This document shows positions 63,473 through 64,000 of a stretch of 64,000 bases of DNA, piece by piece; position 1 is the stretch's first letter, and every line of letters begins with the position of its first letter. Origin of the DNA: the human T2T-CHM13v2.0 reference genome, Homo sapiens; the NCBI RefSeq assembly GCF_009914755.1, contig NC_060930.1. One strand, 5' to 3'. Under the pieces are notes generated by a model. The model was not told where the DNA came from and searched no databases. It saw nothing but the letters and a program-made list of their open reading frames with translations. Position numbers and translations under genes: made by a program.

Positions 63473-64000
63473 CAATGTTCAAGCAAATAGCTTGGTAAAA
63501 CTTTTAACAAAGGGTGTCTACTTGTATGTTGGTGATATTTAGGGAAATGTCCTAAAGAGCCAAAATTCCATTGAAAATTATTAGGTTACTGTAAAAATCT
63601 TAACTTCACTTTTATTATCAAATACTTGGAAGTGTAGGTGTCGTGATTCAGGAAGACTTGACTGCAAAGCATGCAGATAGACCAGTGTGAAGCAGGAGGA
63701 AAAAGGAGAAAGCAAGGATCTGGTAATTCTGGGGCTAAGGAAGCAAACAACCCTATAGCTTGGGTTTCTAAGAACGTGGTATCTGGGGAGGTGGGAAATT
63801 CCAAATTGAGTGAATTAGGATATCAATTCCTGCAATCCAAATAGTCTGACATTGGAGGTTACTTGAATCCAGAATTTGAGTCCAGATTCCTAGATTGTTA
63901 ACTGAGCAAAAACATAGATGGCCCTAGACTATTTATATTCTAGGTCTAATTACTCCCTGCTGTTAGCATTTCTACAGGGTTCAACCCAACCCAAACTGAA

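Overview
This is primate (very likely human) genomic DNA, not microbial. It contains one supportable protein-coding gene, ABRACL (C6orf115/HSPC280, Costars family), on the + strand. The gene has a non-coding exon 1 at a CpG island (donor after 35404), exon 2 at 40683-40749 (ATG at 40689) and exon 3 from 49247 (stop 49429-49431, AATAAA signals at 49618 and 49803). The spliced CDS is 246 nt, or 81 aa. The rest is mostly interspersed repeats: about 40 Alu copies or fragments, THE1/MaLR, ERVL/LTR16, MER31-like, MER4-like and MLT1 LTR elements, old L1s and MER DNA transposons. Almost all other entries in the ORF track are Alu- or GC-derived artefacts. I see no evidence of a novel multi-gene system. 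The best leads are: (1) an ABRACL leader that is stop-free and in frame with the CDS, with an ACC-CTG near-cognate start; (2) a TAATG stop-start overlap opening a 29-codon downstream ORF; (3) a two-template (direct plus inverted) insertion inside an ERVL integrase relic; (4) a largely frameshift-free MaLR ORF and intact DUX4 motifs in THE1 LTRs. Repeat boundaries and subfamily names come from recognising the sequence by eye and are approximate.
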